Shown here: positions 30,815 to 41,125 of the stretch, one piece after another
Numbering within the stretch: position 1 is the stretch's first letter
Layout: each line of letters begins with the position of its first letter
Assembly (NCBI GenBank): GCA_965223795.1
Contig: CBDCXL010000002.1
Span: 3,186,953 to 3,250,952 of the forward strand
DNA from: Nitrospinales bacterium
GTDB taxonomy: Bacteria > Nitrospinota > Nitrospinia > Nitrospinales > VA-1
DNA length: 64,000 bases
Reading direction: 5' to 3'
Notes under the pieces: generated by a model
Seen by the model: the letters and a program-made list of their open reading frames with translations, nothing else
Databases searched by the model: none
Told to the model about the DNA's origin: nothing
Position numbers and translations under genes: made by a program

Positions 30815-32581
30815 TTGGAGATTGAGTTCATTGGACATGCGGGATTTGTGCTGAAAGGGAATGAGCGCTCCCTGATCCTGGATCCCTGGCTGAGTGAAGG
30901 CGGCGCTTTCGATCATTCCTGGTACCAGATGCCCTGCAACCACCATTTGAAACAGGGACTGCAGGAGAAGTTCAACGCCCGCAACAGCCTGATTTACATT
31001 TCCCATCTGCACCAGGATCATTTCGACCGTGATTTTTTAAAAGGAGTGGATAAAGACACGCCGATCCTGATCCCCAAATTCGAAAGCCGTGAATTCGTGC
31101 ATGAGCTGGATCGCCTGGGGTTTGCATTCATACGGGAAGTCGAAGACAGCGAGACCCTGACAGTCGCGGGCTTTGATATCACGGTTTTTGTGGACGACCG
31201 CGGTTTGAACCGGGATTCCGCAATTCTGATACGCCAGGGAGACCTGCGCTTTCTCAATCTCAACGACTGTAAAATTTTCGACCGGTTGCATCATATACTG
31301 AAACGCTTCGGCAAGATCGACGTGTACTCGGTCCAGTTCAGCGGCGCTTCCTGGCATCCGGTCACGTATCAATATTCTGCCGGGGAGTTTGAAAAACTTT
31401 GCCGAAAGAAGAAAAACAGCAAATTCGCGACTGTTCTCAATTCGATCAAACTGTTGTCTCCCAGCCACTACATTCCCGCCGCAGGGCCGGCCTGCTTTTT
31501 GGACCCGCAGCTTCAATGGATCAATCAGGTCCGGGAAAATTCATTCCCCAGCAAATTTGAATTCATCGACTACCTTCACCGGAAAGGACTTGGAGACAGC
31601 GTCCTCGACATGAATCCGGGAGACGTGTTCAGCGTCACGGAGAAAAAATTCTCGCAAAAAGTTCCCGTTACCCTGAACCCGAAAAACTATCAGGAATACA
31701 TCGAAGATTACGCCGACAGGCACAGCGATCTATTTAAAGCCCAAACGGGCAACCTCTCCGGAGACGAGCTGGAGGGACTGCTCACCCAGCTCATGGAGGC
31801 GTTGCAGCGCAAGGTCCAGGTTTTCGATCCTCCGGATTTTGTCGAATGCATCCTGTATTTTTCACTGTTCGAACTGGAGGAGCGTTTCATCCGCATCGAC
31901 TTGAACACGGGAACGGCCGGTACGTCGGATCGCATCGATTCGGAAAAATTTTACTCGATCGCGTATCCCGCCTGGCAGGTCCAGCGATTGCTGGACGGCG
32001 CCATTTCCTGGGAGGACCTGTCGCTCACGTTCCGCGCGCGGGTGAAACGCAACCCGGATCAATACAACACCTACGTCAACGGCTTCATTTACCTGGAAAG
32101 CCGGGATCTGCCGAAGTTCATCGACAAAGTGGCGGCGCTCAAAGCCAACACCGACCGGGTCGATATTCAGTACGATGACAAGACTTATGAAATCGCCCGT
32201 TTTTGCCCGCACCAGGGCGCGGACCTGAAATACGGCTGGGCGGATGAGGGATGCTGGGTCTGCCCGCGGCATCGCTGGATGTTCGATCTGGACTCGGGAA
32301 ACTGCGTCAACAGCAACGACACGATCTTCGTCCGCGAAACGGCTCCCATTGCGGCACGCAACAAGGAAACGGTGCCGGCCGGGACCACTTCGAAACGCGG
32401 GCTGACCATCAAGCGGTTCACGCCGGAAGAAAAAGTGCGCATCGTGCTCGCCGGTCTGCGCGATGTGGAGAGCGTTCCCACACTGTGTCGGCGGGAAGGC
32501 ATCTCGCTGCAAATTTATCACCGCTGGAGCGAGGATTTTGTCGAGGCGGGAAAAAAACGGCTCATGGGAGCCAAGGAATGA
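30815..32581 (+). CDS. MBL-fold + Rieske [2Fe-2S] hydroxylase (NamH/CMAH-like) with C-terminal IS3 OrfA-type HTH
   Basis: Start placed at TTG 30815 after AGAGG; GHAGF, DPWL, SHLHQDHFD, DSA, NLND, PAAGP; Rieske CPHQG...CPRHRWMFD; then RFTPEEKVRIVLAGL...CRREGI...YHRW...EAGKKRL. Confidence 0.85.
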   Translation: MEIEFIGHAGFVLKGNERSLILDPWLSEGGAFDHSWYQMPCNHHLKQGLQEKFNARNSLIYISHLHQDHFDRDFLKGVDKDTPILIPKFESREFVHELDRLGFAFIREVEDSETLTVAGFDITVFVDDRGLNRDSAILIRQGDLRFLNLNDCKIFDRLHHILKRFGKIDVYSVQFSGASWHPVTYQYSAGEFEKLCRKKKNSKFATVLNSIKLLSPSHYIPAAGPACFLDPQLQWINQVRENSFPSKFEFIDYLHRKGLGDSVLDMNPGDVFSVTEKKFSQKVPVTLNPKNYQEYIEDYADRHSDLFKAQTGNLSGDELEGLLTQLMEALQRKVQVFDPPDFVECILYFSLFELEERFIRIDLNTGTAGTSDRIDSEKFYSIAYPAWQVQRLLDGAISWEDLSLTFRARVKRNPDQYNTYVNGFIYLESRDLPKFIDKVAALKANTDRVDIQYDDKTYEIARFCPHQGADLKYGWADEGCWVCPRHRWMFDLDSGNCVNSNDTIFVRETAPIAARNKETVPAGTTSKRGLTIKRFTPEEKVRIVLAGLRDVESVPTLCRREGISLQIYHRWSEDFVEAGKKRLMGAKE

Positions 32582-32599
32582 CGACCGGCCGGTTTGGCC

Positions 32600-33994
32600 T
32601 CAAAGGTTTTTCGACTTGAACACGATCAGTTTCTCCTCCGTCATCTCTGCCATGGCGGAGCGGATGCCCCCCACACCCAGTCCCGAGACTTTTCGCCCCG
32701 CGAACGGCATCCAGTCCACTCTGAAGGCCGTGTGGTCGTTGATCATCACCGCCGCGGCGTTCAGGCGCTGGGCCGCATCGAGGGCCGCGTCCACATCCTG
32801 CGTGAACACCGACGCCTGAAACGAGTAGGGAATTTCGTTGGCCCGCCGGATCGCCGTGCGCCGGTCGTTGAAGGCGTACACATTGACCACCGGGCCGAAA
32901 ATCTCTTCGTGCGAGAGCCGTACCTTGTCGGTGGGTTCGAGCACCACTGTCGGCGCGTAACAGGTTTTGCTGAGCCTGCGCCCACCCGATATGACACCCG
33001 CTCCGGCGTTCCTCGCTTCGTCCACCCATTCCGCGACCCGGTCCACCTCCCGTTCCAGAATCAAGGGCCCCACATCCGTGGCCTCGTCGACCGGATCTCC
33101 CACGGCCAGTTGATTGGCCAACGCCGACAGCTCCCCCGCGACCCGTTCGACGATTCTCTGGTGCGCGAACACGCGCTGCACGGAAACGCAGACCTGGCCG
33201 GCGTGGTAATACCCGCCTTTGAGCAGGGCCGGAAGCGTGTTTTCGAGGTTGGCGTCGGCTTCCAGGATCACCGGCGCCGCGCCGCCGTGCTCCAGCGCGC
33301 AGCGGGTGCCGGGCGACGCCTTCGATCGAAGCTGCCAGCCGACCTTTGCGGAGCCGATGAAGGTCAGAAAATCCACGCGCGGATCGGTGGCCAGCTTTTC
33401 GGCGAGGTCGTTGCCGATCAGCATTGGCTGGCACCAGTTGTCCGGCAGGCCCGCCTGTTTCAGGCAGTCCAGCAGGTTGAGACAGGATAGGGGCGTGGTG
33501 AGGGCGGGCTTCACGATCACCGGGCACCCCGCGGCGATGGCCGGAATCACCTGATGCACGATCAGGTTGAAAGGGTGGTTGAACGCGCTGATGGCGGCCA
33601 CCAGGCCAATCGGCTCGCGCACGGTGAACGCCCAGCGGTGCTTTGACGCCTCGTTGAGATTCATGGGAATCTGCCTGCCGGTGAGTTCCGGAACGCAGCG
33701 GGCTGCCTCGCGGATGCCGTCCACCGCCCGCGCAAGCTCCACACGCGAATCGATCAGCGGCTTGCCGCCTTCCTCTGCGGCCTGGCGCGCGAAGGTTTCC
33801 TTGTTTTCCTGCACCAGGTCGGCGGTCTTGTTCAGAATGCGTATGCGGTCTTCCGGCGACAGAGCGGCGTCCGGGTTGGCCGCCAGTTTGCTGGCGGCGT
33901 ACAGCGCGCGGTCGAGCTGCGCTTCCGTGTTCCATTCCAGTTCAGTGATTGTGTGGCCGTCGAAAGGGGATTGGACTTTGAGTCTGGATTCCAT
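32600..33994 (-). CDS. Aldehyde dehydrogenase family protein
   Basis: FNHPFNL, KPA, FIGS, LEHGG, GQVC, EEIFGP. Confidence 0.93.
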   Translation of the reverse strand: MESRLKVQSPFDGHTITELEWNTEAQLDRALYAASKLAANPDAALSPEDRIRILNKTADLVQENKETFARQAAEEGGKPLIDSRVELARAVDGIREAARCVPELTGRQIPMNLNEASKHRWAFTVREPIGLVAAISAFNHPFNLIVHQVIPAIAAGCPVIVKPALTTPLSCLNLLDCLKQAGLPDNWCQPMLIGNDLAEKLATDPRVDFLTFIGSAKVGWQLRSKASPGTRCALEHGGAAPVILEADANLENTLPALLKGGYYHAGQVCVSVQRVFAHQRIVERVAGELSALANQLAVGDPVDEATDVGPLILEREVDRVAEWVDEARNAGAGVISGGRRLSKTCYAPTVVLEPTDKVRLSHEEIFGPVVNVYAFNDRRTAIRRANEIPYSFQASVFTQDVDAALDAAQRLNAAAVMINDHTAFRVDWMPFAGRKVSGLGVGGIRSAMAEMTEEKLIVFKSKNL

Positions 33995-34052
33995 GTTGTC
34001 GCGTTCTTTCCTGAAAGGAGGATTTGCGGGGGGAAGCGTGCGCTCCGGCCCG

Positions 34053-35693
34053 TCACAGGATACAGGTTTTGGCGTTGAGTTCTTCTGTCAAAACCTTTTC
34101 GTTTTCCGAGTAATCCATCGGCACCTCGATCACGTGCACGCCGGGCGCGTTGAGGCAGTCCTTGAGCAGCGGGAGGAACGAGGCGTTGTCCTTCAGGCGG
34201 TGCCCCTTCGCTCCGTAGGATTCGGCGTACTTCACGAAATCCGGGTTGCCGTAATCGAGCCCGAAATTTTCAAAGCCCATGCCCGCCTGCTTCCATTTGA
34301 TCATGCCGTAGCCGTCGTCCCGCAGGACCAGCACCACCAGGTCCAGCCCCAGCCGGACCGCGGTTTCCAGTTCCTGCGAGTTCATCATGAATCCGCCGTC
34401 GCCGCAGACGGTGAGCACCTTGCGCTCCGGATGCACGATCTTCGCGCCCATTGCCGAGGGCAGGCCCGCCCCCATGCTCGCCAGCGCGTTGTCCAGAAGC
34501 AGGGTGTTGGTGCCGTAGGCCTTGTAGTTGCGGGCGAACCAGATCTTGTAGATGCCGTTGTCCAGCGTGACGATGCCGTCGTCCGGCATGGCTTCGCGCA
34601 CGCGCGTCACCAGGTGCTGGGGCACGATGGGAAACCCGTCGTCGGCGCTTTTTTCCTTGATGTGCAGTTCGACTTCTTTTTTGATGCGGCCGTAGTAATC
34701 GAAGTCCCAGTGGTCCGCGGGCTTGAGTTTCTGCGCCAGCGCCTCGACGCTGTCGGCGATGTCTCCCACCACTTCCAGCTGCGGGAAATACACCTCATCG
34801 ACGTGGGCGGAAAAATAATTGACGTGGATGACCTGGGCGCCGCCGGCGTCCATGAAGAAGGGCGGTTTCTCGATGACGTCGTGCCCCACGTTGACGATGA
34901 GGTCGGCGCGGTCGAGGGCGCAGTGCAGGTAATCCTTGTTGGACAGGGCGGCGGTGCCGAGAAAGTGCGGGTGCCGCTCGTCGAGCACACCTTTGCCCAT
35001 CTGCGTGTTGAAAAAATAAATGCCGGTTTTTTCAGCCAGGTGGGTCAGCGCCCGGCAGGTGCGATTGCGGTTCGCGCCCGCGCCGATCAGAAGCAGCGGC
35101 CGCTGCGCGGCCTGGACCATCGCCACCGCCTGGTCGATGCTGTCGTTGTTGGGAAGCGGCCGTTTCGGCTCGGTGCGTGGAAACGGAGCGGCGGTGCATT
35201 CCTCGGCGGCGATGTCCTCTGGCAGCTCGATGTGCACCGCTCCCGGACGCTCTTCCGTGGCCAGACGCACCGCTTCGCGCACGATGACGGGGATGTTGTT
35301 GCCGTGCACCACCTGGCGCGTGTATTTGGTGATGGGGCGCATCATCTCCACCACGTCGATGATCTGAAATCGCCCCTGCTTGCTTTTTTTGATCGGTTTC
35401 TGGCCGGTGATCATCATGATCGGCATCGCGCCCAATTGGGCGTATGCCGCCGCGGTCACCAGATTGGTGGCGCCCGGCCCCAGCGTGGCCAGGCACACGC
35501 CGACCTTGCCGGTGAGACGGCCGTAGGTGGCGGCCATGAAGCCAGCGGCCTGCTCGTGGCGGGTCAGGATGAGTTGGATTTTCGAATTTCTGAGCGATTC
35601 GAGCAAATCGAGATTCTCCTCACCGGGAATCCCGAACAGATGCTCCACGCCTTCCTGCTCCAGCGAGCGGATGAAAAGATCCGATGCTTTCAT
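34053..35693 (-). CDS. Acetolactate synthase-like ThDP-dependent enzyme (candidate 2-oxoglutarate decarboxylase)
   Basis: PGEENL, RHEQ, LGPGATN, GDGGFMM. Confidence 0.9.
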   Translation of the reverse strand: MKASDLFIRSLEQEGVEHLFGIPGEENLDLLESLRNSKIQLILTRHEQAAGFMAATYGRLTGKVGVCLATLGPGATNLVTAAAYAQLGAMPIMMITGQKPIKKSKQGRFQIIDVVEMMRPITKYTRQVVHGNNIPVIVREAVRLATEERPGAVHIELPEDIAAEECTAAPFPRTEPKRPLPNNDSIDQAVAMVQAAQRPLLLIGAGANRNRTCRALTHLAEKTGIYFFNTQMGKGVLDERHPHFLGTAALSNKDYLHCALDRADLIVNVGHDVIEKPPFFMDAGGAQVIHVNYFSAHVDEVYFPQLEVVGDIADSVEALAQKLKPADHWDFDYYGRIKKEVELHIKEKSADDGFPIVPQHLVTRVREAMPDDGIVTLDNGIYKIWFARNYKAYGTNTLLLDNALASMGAGLPSAMGAKIVHPERKVLTVCGDGGFMMNSQELETAVRLGLDLVVLVLRDDGYGMIKWKQAGMGFENFGLDYGNPDFVKYAESYGAKGHRLKDNASFLPLLKDCLNAPGVHVIEVPMDYSENEKVLTEELNAKTCIL

Positions 35694-35977
35694 GAGGCCG
35701 ACTCCGGGTTCGATCTGGTTATTCGCTGAGCGCTGCGCCGTCCATTCCGGCAGCGCGGCTGTTTGCGCTGGTTGGTCCGGAGTTGGCGGCGAAGCTTACA
35801 AAATATAGGGATTTGTCCCGCCTTTCCACTGGAATCCGCCGCCAGCGGGTCTTTTCGGCCGCAATCCACCGTGAAACCGGGGTGAAAGGAAACGCCCGCG
35901 GCCGCGACCCGGCAGGCGGGCCTTCGGGCCGTCCACGACAAAGAACATCAGTGATACCCGCTGACAGGAGGCACGCG

Positions 35978-37327
35978 ATGACAGAATGTCCCGAATTGAC
36001 CCATGACAATTTCATGCACGGATTGAAGCGCCGCAATCCCGGTGAGACCGAGTTCCATCAGGCGGTGGAGGAGGTGGCGTCCTATCTCATTCCGTACGTG
36101 AAGCAGCACACGAAATACGAAACCGCCCACATCCTGGAACGGCTGACCGAACCGGACCGCATCGTCATCTTCCGGGTCTGCTGGCAGGACGATGACGGCC
36201 ACGTGCGCACCCACCGCGGCTACCGGGTGCAGTTCAACAATTCCATCGGCCCCTACAAGGGGGGACTGCGGTTTGATCCCTCGGTGAATCTCAGCATCCT
36301 CAAGTTTCTCGGCTTCGAGCAGATCTTCAAAAACAGCCTGACGACGCTGCCGATGGGAGCGGGGAAGGGGGGTGCGGACTTCAACCCCAAGGGAAAATCC
36401 GACAGCGAGATCATGCGGTTCTGCCAGGCATTCATGATGGAGCTGAGCAAGCACATCGGTGAAGACATCGACATCCCGGCGGGCGACATCGGCGTCGGCG
36501 CGCGCGAGATCAGCTATATGTTCGGCCAGTACAAGCGGCTCAGAAACGAGTTCACCGGTGCTCTCACCGGTAAGGGGCTGGAGTTCGGCGGCAGCCTGAT
36601 AAGAAAGGAAGCCACGGGGTTCGGCTGCGCCTATTTCATGCGCGAGATGCTCAAACGCAGGAAAGAAGCGCTGGAGGGCAAATCCTGCGTGATTTCCGGA
36701 TCGGGCAACGTGGCGCAGTACACGGCGCTCAAGCTCATTCAGGAGGGCGCGAAGGTGATCACGCTGTCGGATTCATCGGGCTTCGTGCACGACCCCGACG
36801 GCATCGATGAGGAAAAGCTCGAGTATGTTATCGATCTCAAGACCGGGCGCCGCGGCCGCATCTCCGAGTTCGCGGAGCAGTTCGGACTCAAGCACCACGC
36901 CGGCCAGCGGCCCTGGAACGTCCCCTGCGATCTCGCGTTTCCCTGTGCCACGCAGAACGAGCTGGAAGGGGATGACGCGAAGGCGCTGGTGAAAAACGGC
37001 TGCCAGGCGGTTGCGGAAGGGGCCAATATGCCGGCGACGCGCGATGCGATCCACCGGTTTCACGAAGCGGGCGTCGTCTTCGCTCCCGGCAAGGCGTCCA
37101 ACGCCGGCGGCGTGGCGGTGTCGGGCCTGGAGATGACGCAGAACAGCATCCGCATGGCCTGGTCGCACAGTGAGCTGGATGAGCGGCTGCAGTCGATCAT
37201 GGCCCGCATCCACGAGCAGTGCGTCGAGTACGGGGACAACGGCAGCGGCCTGGACTACGTGCGCGGCGCGAACGTTGCGGGGTTCGTCAAGGTGGCGGAC
37301 GCGATGCTGGCCTACGGCGTCATCTGA
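35978..37327 (+). CDS. gdhA: NADP-specific glutamate dehydrogenase
   Basis: GPYKGGLRF, KNSLTTLPMGAGKGG, PAGDIGVG, GSGNVA, PCATQNE; ATG 35978 after AGGAGG. Confidence 0.96.
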   Translation: MTECPELTHDNFMHGLKRRNPGETEFHQAVEEVASYLIPYVKQHTKYETAHILERLTEPDRIVIFRVCWQDDDGHVRTHRGYRVQFNNSIGPYKGGLRFDPSVNLSILKFLGFEQIFKNSLTTLPMGAGKGGADFNPKGKSDSEIMRFCQAFMMELSKHIGEDIDIPAGDIGVGAREISYMFGQYKRLRNEFTGALTGKGLEFGGSLIRKEATGFGCAYFMREMLKRRKEALEGKSCVISGSGNVAQYTALKLIQEGAKVITLSDSSGFVHDPDGIDEEKLEYVIDLKTGRRGRISEFAEQFGLKHHAGQRPWNVPCDLAFPCATQNELEGDDAKALVKNGCQAVAEGANMPATRDAIHRFHEAGVVFAPGKASNAGGVAVSGLEMTQNSIRMAWSHSELDERLQSIMARIHEQCVEYGDNGSGLDYVRGANVAGFVKVADAMLAYGVI

Positions 37328-37661
37328 AGACCGGGACTCAGGCCGCAGGAGAGGAGGGCGGTCCGCAACGTAAAACCGTTGTATTTCGCCGCGCAATCCG
37401 GAAATCGCCGGGGCGCCGGTTTTTCAAGGCATTTCCCCCCTTGAAAATGCGGCCGTTTGACGGGACAATGGGAGCCAGGCCTAGTGCGGCGATTTTAAAG
37501 ACAAATTTTCACCATCCTCGTATCCTTTCCCCGTGCCGCCGTTCTGGACGGCCGATTCCGTGTAAGGTATCCGGCCCGGGCCGGACTGAATTGCATGTTG
37601 TTTGCAGGGACCCTGGGTTTCAAGTGACGCTGGTTTGATTTTCCATTCAAGGAGTTTGAAA

Positions 37662-38807
37662 ATGAAAAAACGAGCATATACGATGGCATTGGCCTCTCTG
37701 GCTTTGGTGCTGGCTCTGGGAGTCACGGCGTATTCCGCTTCCAAGCCGGAATCCAAGTCTGAAACGGCTCAAACCGAAATGGAATCCAAAGGGATCGCGA
37801 CGTTCGCGGGCGGCTGCTTCTGGTGCATGGAACCGCCTTTTGAAAAACTGCAGGGCGTCAGCGCGGTGGTGTCCGGATACACCGGCGGCCAGACGCAAAA
37901 CCCGACCTATAAAGAGGTGACCTACGGCAACACGGGCCACGTGGAAGCGGTGCAGATCCATTACGATCCGGACAAGATCACTTACGAGAAGCTGCTCGAC
38001 GTGTTCTGGAGAAACGTGGATCCCACCGACGCGGGCGGCCAGTTCGTGGACCGCGGTCCGTCCTACGTGACCGGCATCTTCTACCACGACGAAGCGCAGA
38101 AGGCGGCGGCGTTGAAGTCAAAAGAAGAGCTGGACAAAAGCGGCCGCTACGATAAAAAGATCGTGACGCCGGTCACCGCGGCGGGGACGTTTTACCGGGC
38201 GGAGGAATACCACCAGGACTTTTACAAGAAAAGCCCGATTCGGTACAAATTTTACCGGTCGCGTTCGGGCAGGGATCATTTCATCGATAAGATCTGGTCG
38301 AAGGAACGCGATGAGGCGCTGATGAACACATCGAACACAGGAAAGGGCGGCCCCTACATGAAACCGAGTGAAGCGGAACTCAAAAAGCGGCTCACGCCGA
38401 TGCAGTACAAGGTGACGCAGAAGGACGGCACGGAGCCGCCTTTCAAAAACGAATACTGGGACAATAAAAAGGACGGGATCTATGTGGACATCGTCTCCGG
38501 CGAGCCGCTGTTCAGCTCGCTGGACAAGTTCGATTCCAAGACCGGCTGGCCTTCCTTCACCCGGCCGCTGGATCCGGACAACGTCGTGACCAAGACCGAC
38601 ACCAGCTTCTTCATGGTGCGGACGGAAGTGCGCTCGAAAAACGGCGATTCGCATCTGGGCCATGTGTTCGACGACGGCCCCAAGCCCACGGGCAAACGCT
38701 ACTGCATCAACTCGGCCTCGCTGCGGTTCATTCCGCTGGAGAAGCTGGATGAGGAAGGCTACGGCGAGTTCAAGGACCTGTTCAAAAACCGCTCGAAGGC
38801 TTCATAA
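37662..38807 (+). CDS. msrAB: Exported bifunctional methionine sulfoxide reductase MsrA/MsrB
   Basis: Signal peptide; GGCFWC, AEEYHQ; GWPSF, HLGHVF, RYCINS. Confidence 0.95.
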   Translation: MKKRAYTMALASLALVLALGVTAYSASKPESKSETAQTEMESKGIATFAGGCFWCMEPPFEKLQGVSAVVSGYTGGQTQNPTYKEVTYGNTGHVEAVQIHYDPDKITYEKLLDVFWRNVDPTDAGGQFVDRGPSYVTGIFYHDEAQKAAALKSKEELDKSGRYDKKIVTPVTAAGTFYRAEEYHQDFYKKSPIRYKFYRSRSGRDHFIDKIWSKERDEALMNTSNTGKGGPYMKPSEAELKKRLTPMQYKVTQKDGTEPPFKNEYWDNKKDGIYVDIVSGEPLFSSLDKFDSKTGWPSFTRPLDPDNVVTKTDTSFFMVRTEVRSKNGDSHLGHVFDDGPKPTGKRYCINSASLRFIPLEKLDEEGYGEFKDLFKNRSKAS

Positions 38808-38808
38808 A

Positions 38809-38926
38809 TCCTGCGCGGAGGGCGCGTCTGCTCCTCGCCGGAGGGGCGGCTTGCTCACGGTGGGCGGTGTTGCCGGGTCAGGTTCTAAAATCGATTGGTT
38901 TTTCTCTCTTCGCCGGAGGGGCGGCT
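38809..38926 (+). repeat. Intergenic repeat cluster (CTCCTCGCCGGAGGGGCGG..TTGCTCACG family)
   Basis: Cores at 38831 and 38906 (75 nt apart) plus a variant at 38809. Confidence 0.75.
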
Positions 38927-38936
38927 GAATTCGGGC

Positions 38937-38983
38937 AAAAAAATACCGGGGATGGAATCTCACGATTCCTCCCCGGTTTTTTT
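38937..38983. terminator. Bidirectional rho-independent terminator
   Basis: A run-ACCGGGGA(T)GGAATC-TCAC-GATTCCTCCCCGGT-T run, between convergent genes. Confidence 0.85.
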
Positions 38984-38992
38984 ATTTCCCCG

Positions 38993-39760
38993 TCACAGGG
39001 TCGGTTCGGCGCAGATGACGTAGACTTTCAGGTTCGCGTTGGCGGAGGTTTTGTTGACCAGCGTGGTTTCCCAGGAGTTGACGCTGGAAGGATAGTTGGT
39101 CTCGCTGTAGCACTGGTCGCAGCCTGCCGCGGTGAAGCCGCCGCCCATCAGGATCTTGCCGGTGGAGCAGCTCATGAACGCGGTTTTCTTCTGGCCGGCG
39201 GGGACTTTGTAGACTTTGCTCTCCAGCCGTTCCCAACCCGCCACGCCGTTGATCGCGGAGGTGGAGACGGTCTTGGTTTTGCCGGGAGGGCCTGGAGGAC
39301 CCGGAGGGCCTTGCGGGCCCATCGGTCCGGGTTTGCCGGGCTCGCCTTTGGCGCCTCTGGGGCCGCGCGGTCCCATGACGCCGTTTTCACCGGCCTGAGC
39401 GGACTGCAGCGCCGGGATCTGCCCCTGCGCCACCATCTGCTTCACCACGTTGGCGACAGCCTCGGAATCGACCTCTGCGGCTGCCGGAGCGGCCTGAGCG
39501 GTCCGCACCTGGCCCTGGACCTTGTCCTGGATCTTGGCGTCCACGGTGGACATCATGTAGACCAGGGAAATGGCCGCCCCCACAGCCACGCTGGCTGCGA
39601 TGGTGAGCATGTTCACGACCGCGGAGCCGCCTTTTTTCTCCAGCGTCACCGGGGCGTGGGGCGATTTCCCGGTGTCCACGCCGGGGATCGTTTTGTCCTT
39701 CATCGGCTCAACCGGGTACTTTTTCGAGGGCACCCATCTTTCCTTTACCGGTTTTTCCAT
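38993..39760 (-). CDS. Membrane-anchored collagen-like protein
   Basis: One TM helix, 13 Gly-X-Y triplets (39275-39391), C-terminal Cys-containing domain ([11 protein letters not shown]...VYVIC). Confidence 0.85.
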   Translation of the reverse strand: MEKPVKERWVPSKKYPVEPMKDKTIPGVDTGKSPHAPVTLEKKGGSAVVNMLTIAASVAVGAAISLVYMMSTVDAKIQDKVQGQVRTAQAAPAAAEVDSEAVANVVKQMVAQGQIPALQSAQAGENGVMGPRGPRGAKGEPGKPGPMGPQGPPGPPGPPGKTKTVSTSAINGVAGWERLESKVYKVPAGQKKTAFMSCSTGKILMGGGFTAAGCDQCYSETNYPSSVNSWETTLVNKTSANANLKVYVICAEPTL

Positions 39761-39815
39761 CTCGGCACATCCCTTTGAAGACGATTAATAATGGCAACTC
39801 AATGGAACCGCGGCT

Positions 39816-40940
39816 TCAGTTTCCCGCTTTCTTCATCGGAAACGAAACGATCATGCCGCCCATCAGGTCGTCCAGCTGAAAGTCCTTTTTCGGGCTTTTC
39901 GGATGCTCGTTGTGGCACTGGACGCAGGTCTTGTTCACCGCGAAGTCCGGATACACGGCCTGGAAATAGGTGGCGCGCCCGCGTTTCATTTTCCCCATGT
40001 AGGGGCGGAGCGGGTTGATTTCCACGGAGACCAGGGCCTTGCGTTCGAACTCGTTGGCGGCGCTGTTGTTGAAGTTGATGGGCCACAGGCTGATCAGCCT
40101 GAAGTTCAGTCCCAGCTTGTTCTTGCGGGCCAGCCGGCTGGTGTTGAGCAGGTACTGGGCCGGCAGCGGCAGCACGTTGTCGTCCACCCAGGATTCCTTG
40201 GCGGCGACGATGTTGTGCTGTTTCATCCGTTTCACCACATATTCGGTGTAGACGTAGCGGTCGGACTCGAGGATCGCGTGCACGTAGTCGGAAACGATCT
40301 GCGGCGGCACATTGAAGACGTCGTTGTTGCCGGCGACGCCTTTTTCACTCAGAGGCACGTTGAGCAGGGGAATGTTGATCAGGATCCCGCCCATGACGTC
40401 GCCTTCCTCATAATCGGTTTTCGGCGACTTGGGATGGTTGTTGTGACAGGAAACACAGGACTCGGCGTTGGCCAGATCCGGGTAGATCGCCTGAAAGTTC
40501 CAGTTTCCTTCTTTCTTGACCACCCAGGTGAAGGGGGTTTTGGAACCTTTTCTCAGGCTGCGCAGTCCCAGCGTTTCCAGGTCGGAGCCGGGTTTGTTGT
40601 CCGGGTTGATCGGATTCAGTCCCAGCAGACGGATTTTCAGACCGATTCCCGCATCGTTGGACTGCTGGGCGGAAAGTTTCAGAAACTGCGCCGGCAGCGG
40701 CAGGGTTTTTTCCGCTTTCCAGTTTTCGGTGGCTTTCAGGGAAATTTTCTTGTTGAGACGGCCGACGATTTCCTGGGCGTAAAACTGGCGGCTGGCTTCG
40801 ATGATGGAGTGCAGATAATCGGTAGCCAGTTTCGCGGGAATGCCGTCCTCTTGCTGTGCGGCCGCGGGAAAGACCGAAAAGCCAAACAGACACACTGCCA
40901 GAAGTCCGGACCATCTAATTTTGTTGTTGGGCCTAGTCAT
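39816..40940 (-). CDS. Exported protein with two DUF3365/Tll0287-like heme-c domains
   Basis: Signal peptide; internal duplication, each half with LPLPAQ...YPD...CVxCHNxHPKSP...MGG. Confidence 0.85.
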   Translation of the reverse strand: MTRPNNKIRWSGLLAVCLFGFSVFPAAAQQEDGIPAKLATDYLHSIIEASRQFYAQEIVGRLNKKISLKATENWKAEKTLPLPAQFLKLSAQQSNDAGIGLKIRLLGLNPINPDNKPGSDLETLGLRSLRKGSKTPFTWVVKKEGNWNFQAIYPDLANAESCVSCHNNHPKSPKTDYEEGDVMGGILINIPLLNVPLSEKGVAGNNDVFNVPPQIVSDYVHAILESDRYVYTEYVVKRMKQHNIVAAKESWVDDNVLPLPAQYLLNTSRLARKNKLGLNFRLISLWPINFNNSAANEFERKALVSVEINPLRPYMGKMKRGRATYFQAVYPDFAVNKTCVQCHNEHPKSPKKDFQLDDLMGGMIVSFPMKKAGN

Positions 40941-41125
40941 AGTACCTCGCTTGCTTTTGCGGTTTTTGGGTTTAAAAATTCTTTTCTTTAAATGGGGACT
41001 TTTATTGAAGTCCGCAAACGGGTCCCAGGGCCTCCCGCTTTGCCCCGGCAGGAGAACGCTGTCCCTGTAATAAACAGCCCGGATTGGGTAACTATTTGAT
41101 ATATGGAACCCTTAATGATTTAGTT

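Noticed and set aside
32400..32600. Active IS3 element
   Set aside because: Only the HTH segment is present; no OrfB/DDE domain, frameshift signal or terminal repeats were seen.
33567..35729. 720-aa plus-strand ORF
   Set aside because: Antisense shadow of the ALS-like and ALDH genes in GC-rich DNA; no motifs.
38993..39760. Collagen-like gene as a prophage tail-fibre remnant
   Set aside because: No phage genes nearby; it has a TM anchor and host-like codon usage.
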